Shown: positions 62,602-64,000 of the stretch, in pieces | How positions within the stretch are numbered: the stretch's first letter is position 1 | Layout of the letters: every line of letters begins with the position of its first letter | Assembly (NCBI GenBank): GCA_963677675.1 | Contig: OY782180.1 | Span: forward strand, 712,084-776,083 | Length of the DNA stretch: 64,000 nt | DNA from: Bacteroidales bacterium | Lineage (GTDB): Bacteria > Bacteroidota > Bacteroidia > Bacteroidales > UBA932 | Direction: 5' to 3' | Notes under the pieces: model-generated | Databases searched by the model: none | Told to the model about the DNA's origin: nothing | Seen by the model: the letters and a program-made list of their open reading frames with translations, nothing else | Made by a program: the position numbers and the translations under genes

Positions 62602-63522
62602 ATGATAAAACCAACACTTTTAATTCTTGCAGCCGGGATGGGCAGCAGATATGGAGGGCTTAAACAGCTGGACGGAGTAGGGCCCAATGGCGAAACAATA
62701 ATGGATTATTCGGTCTATGATGCCATTCGTGCAGGATTTGGAGAGGTTGTCTTTGTAGTCAGGAAACATTTCCGACAAGATTTTGAAGCACGTATACGCA
62801 GCCGTTATGGAAATGCCATAGCTTTCAACTTTGTAGAACAGGAACTTGAATCTATTCCTGTTGGTTTTAACCTGAATCCAGAGCGGACAAAGCCATGGGG
62901 AACCGGTCACGCAGTAATGATGGCTGCTCATGCAATAAACACTCCTTTTGCCGTTATTAATGCCGATGACTACTATGGCCAGAAATCATTTGAAGTTCTT
63001 GGCGATTTTCTGAAAGAGGTTGCCGGGTCAAACGGGAAATACTGCATGGTAGGGTTTGAGACATACAACACTTTGTCCGAATCCGGAGTTGTTTCAAGAG
63101 GTATCTGCACAGTAGACAACAACAACCTGCTGACTACCGTGGAAGAGCACCACAATATCCTGATGTCCAAGGAAAATGGAGAAGAGGCAATCTATGGCGA
63201 CAATTCATCCGGCAACAGGGTGAAAATCGAGAAGTTTGCTCCGGTTTCGATGAATATGTGGGGTTTCACACCGGACTTCTTTTCTGAAAGCGATAAGCTG
63301 TTTATAGAATTTTTAAACAGAAACATTTCCGATTTGAAATCGGAGTTTTATATCCCTTATGTTGTAAATAAACTCATTACCCAGGGTATGGCTAGCGTAA
63401 AAGTACTGCCAACTCCCGATAAGTGGTTTGGGGTTACATTTAAGGAAGACAGAGAGACAGTCGTAGAGAGCATCGCAAAACTTGTTGATGCAGGCACATA
63501 CCCTACTCCATTGTTCGGGTAA
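62602..63522 (+). CDS. Sugar-phosphate nucleotidyltransferase family protein
   Basis: LAAGMGSRYGGLKQ, PWGTGHA, VINADDYYG, SMNMWGF, WFGVTF. Confidence 0.9.
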   Translation: MIKPTLLILAAGMGSRYGGLKQLDGVGPNGETIMDYSVYDAIRAGFGEVVFVVRKHFRQDFEARIRSRYGNAIAFNFVEQELESIPVGFNLNPERTKPWGTGHAVMMAAHAINTPFAVINADDYYGQKSFEVLGDFLKEVAGSNGKYCMVGFETYNTLSESGVVSRGICTVDNNNLLTTVEEHHNILMSKENGEEAIYGDNSSGNRVKIEKFAPVSMNMWGFTPDFFSESDKLFIEFLNRNISDLKSEFYIPYVVNKLITQGMASVKVLPTPDKWFGVTFKEDRETVVESIAKLVDAGTYPTPLFG

Positions 63523-63532
63523 AATTTCTTTT

Positions 63533-64000
63533 ATGATTAAAAAATTAGATTCCTACCTGCCCGACCTGAGCCAGAGTTTAATAATAATGGGGCTGATGAT
63601 TGTTGTGGGCTCTCTGGTTTCTGTATTAGCTACAGTTGCCATAAGCTTTATCTTCCCGTCATTTGAACCATACTCCCAGCTTTTGATATATCCGCTGCTG
63701 TTCTTGCCGCCGGCCATATACATATACAGTAAAATTGTGAATCAAAAGGACATGGCCTATGTTTTAGGGTCAACCGAAAAACCGGTTGTTCCACTTAACG
63801 ATCCGCGTTTCGGCCGGCTGGGCGGTGTACTGAGTTTTATCATTATTTTCTTTCTCATTTTTGCCTTTAATATCGTTACGGAACCGCTCTCTTCATGGAT
63901 GGGTGTTCCCGGCTTCATTAAGGATCTCATGCAAAATATGAAGGAAAATCCTTTGACCGCTTTTATTTCGGTAGCAGTATTTGCTCCTCTGTTCGAAGAG
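63533..64000 (+). CDS. CPBP (Abi/CAAX) intramembrane metalloprotease, truncated by the window end
   Basis: Hand-translated open frame from ATG 63533; hydrophobic; ends VAVFAPLFEE (CPBP motif 1). Confidence 0.8.
   Translation, partial: MIKKLDSYLPDLSQSLIIMGLMIVVGSLVSVLATVAISFIFPSFEPYSQLLIYPLLFLPPAIYIYSKIVNQKDMAYVLGSTEKPVVPLNDPRFGRLGGVLSFIIIFFLIFAFNIVTEPLSSWMGVPGFIKDLMQNMKENPLTAFISVAVFAPLFEE

Overview
Mostly core chromosome of a Bacteroidales (Bacteroidota) bacterium, with TAnnTTTG promoters and the Bacteroidetes lpxD-lpxC/fabZ-lpxA and rimP-nusA-infB arrangements. Housekeeping genes include secA, lpdA, pyrG, hisS, nfnAB, tilS, proS, tmk, folP, purB and an initiator tRNA-Met. Three regions stand out. 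(1) At 25.9-32.9 kb there is a putative peptide signalling or bacteriocin locus. An unannotated 45-aa double-glycine-leader precursor (30662-30799, minus strand, below the ORF-track cutoff) lies directly upstream of a C39 peptidase ABC transporter, a HlyD adaptor lacking its alpha-helical hairpin, a small membrane protein and a TolC. A histidine kinase and OmpR-type regulator pair is transcribed divergently, and the shared intergenic region carries three 11-bp-phased direct repeats. (2) At 54.9-57.3 kb a BT_3928/DoxX(MauE)-family membrane protein is fused in frame to a complete MurB, and an extra TM helix would tether MurB to the cytoplasmic face of the membrane. (3) An AT-rich, integrase-less islet at the 3' end of tRNA-fMet (11.7-15.5 kb) carries a TPR/TM protein, a DUF2971 protein, a frameshifted IS4 transposase relic and att-like signatures. 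Family assignments come from recognised motifs only; no database searches were run.
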